Part shown: positions 1-509 of the stretch, in pieces | How the letters are laid out: every line of letters begins with the position of its first letter | Numbering within the stretch: position 1 is the first letter of the stretch | Assembly (NCBI RefSeq): GCF_003334385.1 | Contig: NZ_QOWN01000173.1 | Origin: Escherichia coli | GTDB taxonomy: Bacteria; Pseudomonadota; Gammaproteobacteria; Enterobacterales; Enterobacteriaceae | Reading direction: 5' to 3' (one strand) | Length of the DNA stretch: 509 nt | Program-made: the position numbers and the translations under genes | The notes under the pieces: generated by a model | Told to the model about the DNA's origin: nothing | Seen by the model: only the letters and a program-made list of their open reading frames with translations | Databases searched by the model: none

Positions 1-28
1 GGCTCTTCCGCAACCTGGGTGGAGATTT
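1..28. repeat. Putative terminal inverted repeat (IRR) of the ISL3-family element; inner boundary uncertain
   Basis: The sequence GGCTCTTCCGCAACCTGGGTGGAGATTTTC starts at position 1. From memory, ISL3-family IRs typically begin GGCTCTT and are roughly 15-39 bp long. The segment sits directly downstream of the transposase stop codon. The partner IR is outside the window, so the inverted-repeat relationship cannot be verified here. Confidence 0.55.
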
Positions 29-509
29 TCATGCCAGTGGACTCATTACCCTCTGCCTGAGTAGTTCAAATCCTGCTCGACCATACATCTGGCGTTTCAG
101 CATCTTCAGGCGATTTACATGACCTTCGACAACACCATTACTCCAGCGACTACTGATTGCCTCACATATAGCTGCAGCATCAGCTTCCATCCCCGCCGCC
201 ACGCGCCGAAATTCTGCTGAACCGCTTTCGTGGACTCGAGTGAACCAACTGCTTAGCTGTGATTTATTTTGGGTTTTCAGAATACGGTAGAACTCGAGTG
301 CCAGTTGCTGCGCTATTTTCAGCTCAGGTTCTTTTTCACACATCAGACTAATAAATCGGGAAGCATAATTTTCTTCATCCCTGGTTATTCTCCAGGGCAT
401 CAACCAGCGGCTTACCCGGGACACTGAAGGAAGTCTGACGGCAGTAGTAACCGGTGGGTTCCAGCCTTTACGCCATTTGGCAACCGCATCCCTGACGATG
501 GTTTCACTG
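29..509 (-). CDS. ISL3-family DDE transposase, C-terminal portion (5'-partial; the N-terminus lies beyond the right window edge)
   Basis: The supplied 131-aa minus-strand ORF (29..424) ends in WSNGVVEGHVNRLKMLKRQMYGRAGFELLRQRV (plus-strand 80..145 covers WSNG..YG). This matches the conserved C-terminal SNGxxEGxxNxxKxxKRxxxGxxxF signature of the IS204/IS1001/IS1096/IS1165 (DDE_Tnp_ISL3) transposase family as I recall it. My hand translation of the same frame from 425 to 509 gives ...SETIVRDAVAKWRKGWNPPVTTAVRLPS with no stop codon. No Shine-Dalgarno-like purine run precedes the GTG at 422..424 (upstream minus-strand sequence CAGACTTCCTTCA). The GTG is therefore an internal Val codon rather than the true start. 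The stop codon TGA lies at 29..31 (plus-strand TCA). Confidence 0.85.
   Translation of the reverse strand, partial: SETIVRDAVAKWRKGWNPPVTTAVRLPSVSRVSRWLMPWRITRDEENYASRFISLMCEKEPELKIAQQLALEFYRILKTQNKSQLSSWFTRVHESGSAEFRRVAAGMEADAAAICEAISSRWSNGVVEGHVNRLKMLKRQMYGRAGFELLRQRVMSPLA

Larger units (their letters stand above)
1..509 (-). mobile_element. Partial ISL3-family insertion sequence (transposase-distal end plus the 3' part of the transposase gene)
   Basis: A transposase CDS fills 29..509. The remaining 28 bp begin with the ISL3-like terminus GGCTCTTCC. Having the ORF stop within a few tens of bp of the element tip is typical of ISL3-family organisation. The other end and the flanking target-site duplication are not in the window. 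Confidence 0.8.

Noticed and set aside
1-31. A possible rho-independent terminator downstream of the transposase stop codon.
   Set aside because: The minus-strand sequence TGAAAATCTCCACCCAGGTTGCGGAAGAGCC has no convincing GC-rich stem followed by a U-tract. The segment is better explained as the terminal inverted repeat.
171-178. An 8-bp palindrome, GCTGCAGC.
   Set aside because: It does not extend beyond 8 bp because the flanking bases are not complementary. On the minus strand it forms part of the GCT GCA GCT run encoding Ala-Ala-Ala within the CDS. It is too short to support a binding-site or hairpin claim.
191-208. A local GC-rich run, CCCCGCCGCCACGCGCCG.
   Set aside because: On the minus strand it encodes RRVAAG in the continuous transposase frame. 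It is explained by codon content, with no paired arm to form a structure.
234-300. A 9-bp direct repeat, ACTCGAGTG, at 234..242 and 292..300. Each copy contains the palindrome CTCGAG.
   Set aside because: Both copies lie inside the transposase coding frame. By my rough estimate (about 1.3e5 position pairs times 4^-9), a window of this size should contain about 0.5 exact 9-mer repeats by chance. No further periodicity or extra copies are present.
29-424. The GTG-initiated 131-aa ORF as an independent small gene or a novel accessory protein.
   Set aside because: The frame continues without a stop to the window edge and there is no RBS. The sequence matches the C-terminal region of ISL3 transposases, so it is a window-truncated part of a larger gene.
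1-509. A possible hidden novel system, such as a defence system, toxin-antitoxin pair, CRISPR array or ncRNA.
   Set aside because: A single transposase reading frame and its terminal repeat account for every base. There are no other ORFs in the six-frame track, no spaced repeats and no conserved RNA-like structure. Claiming a novel system would be unsupported.

Overview
The whole 509-bp window (about 50% GC by hand count) lies inside one insertion sequence. The minus strand encodes the C-terminal part of an ISL3-family DDE transposase. It carries the family's conserved C-terminal block, WSNGVVEGHVNRLKMLKRQMYGRAGFELLRQRV. The frame stays open upstream of the ORF track's GTG start to the right window edge, so the real gene starts beyond position 509. 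The stop codon (29..31) is followed by only 28 bp, and the window begins with GGCTCTTCC, the sequence I recall as the typical start of ISL3-family terminal inverted repeats. Position 1 is therefore probably the outer tip of the element's transposase-distal end. I see no RNA gene, CRISPR array, second gene, or any sign of a new biological system. This is an ordinary mobile-element fragment, and anything interesting, such as the insertion target, cargo or a disrupted gene, lies outside the window.
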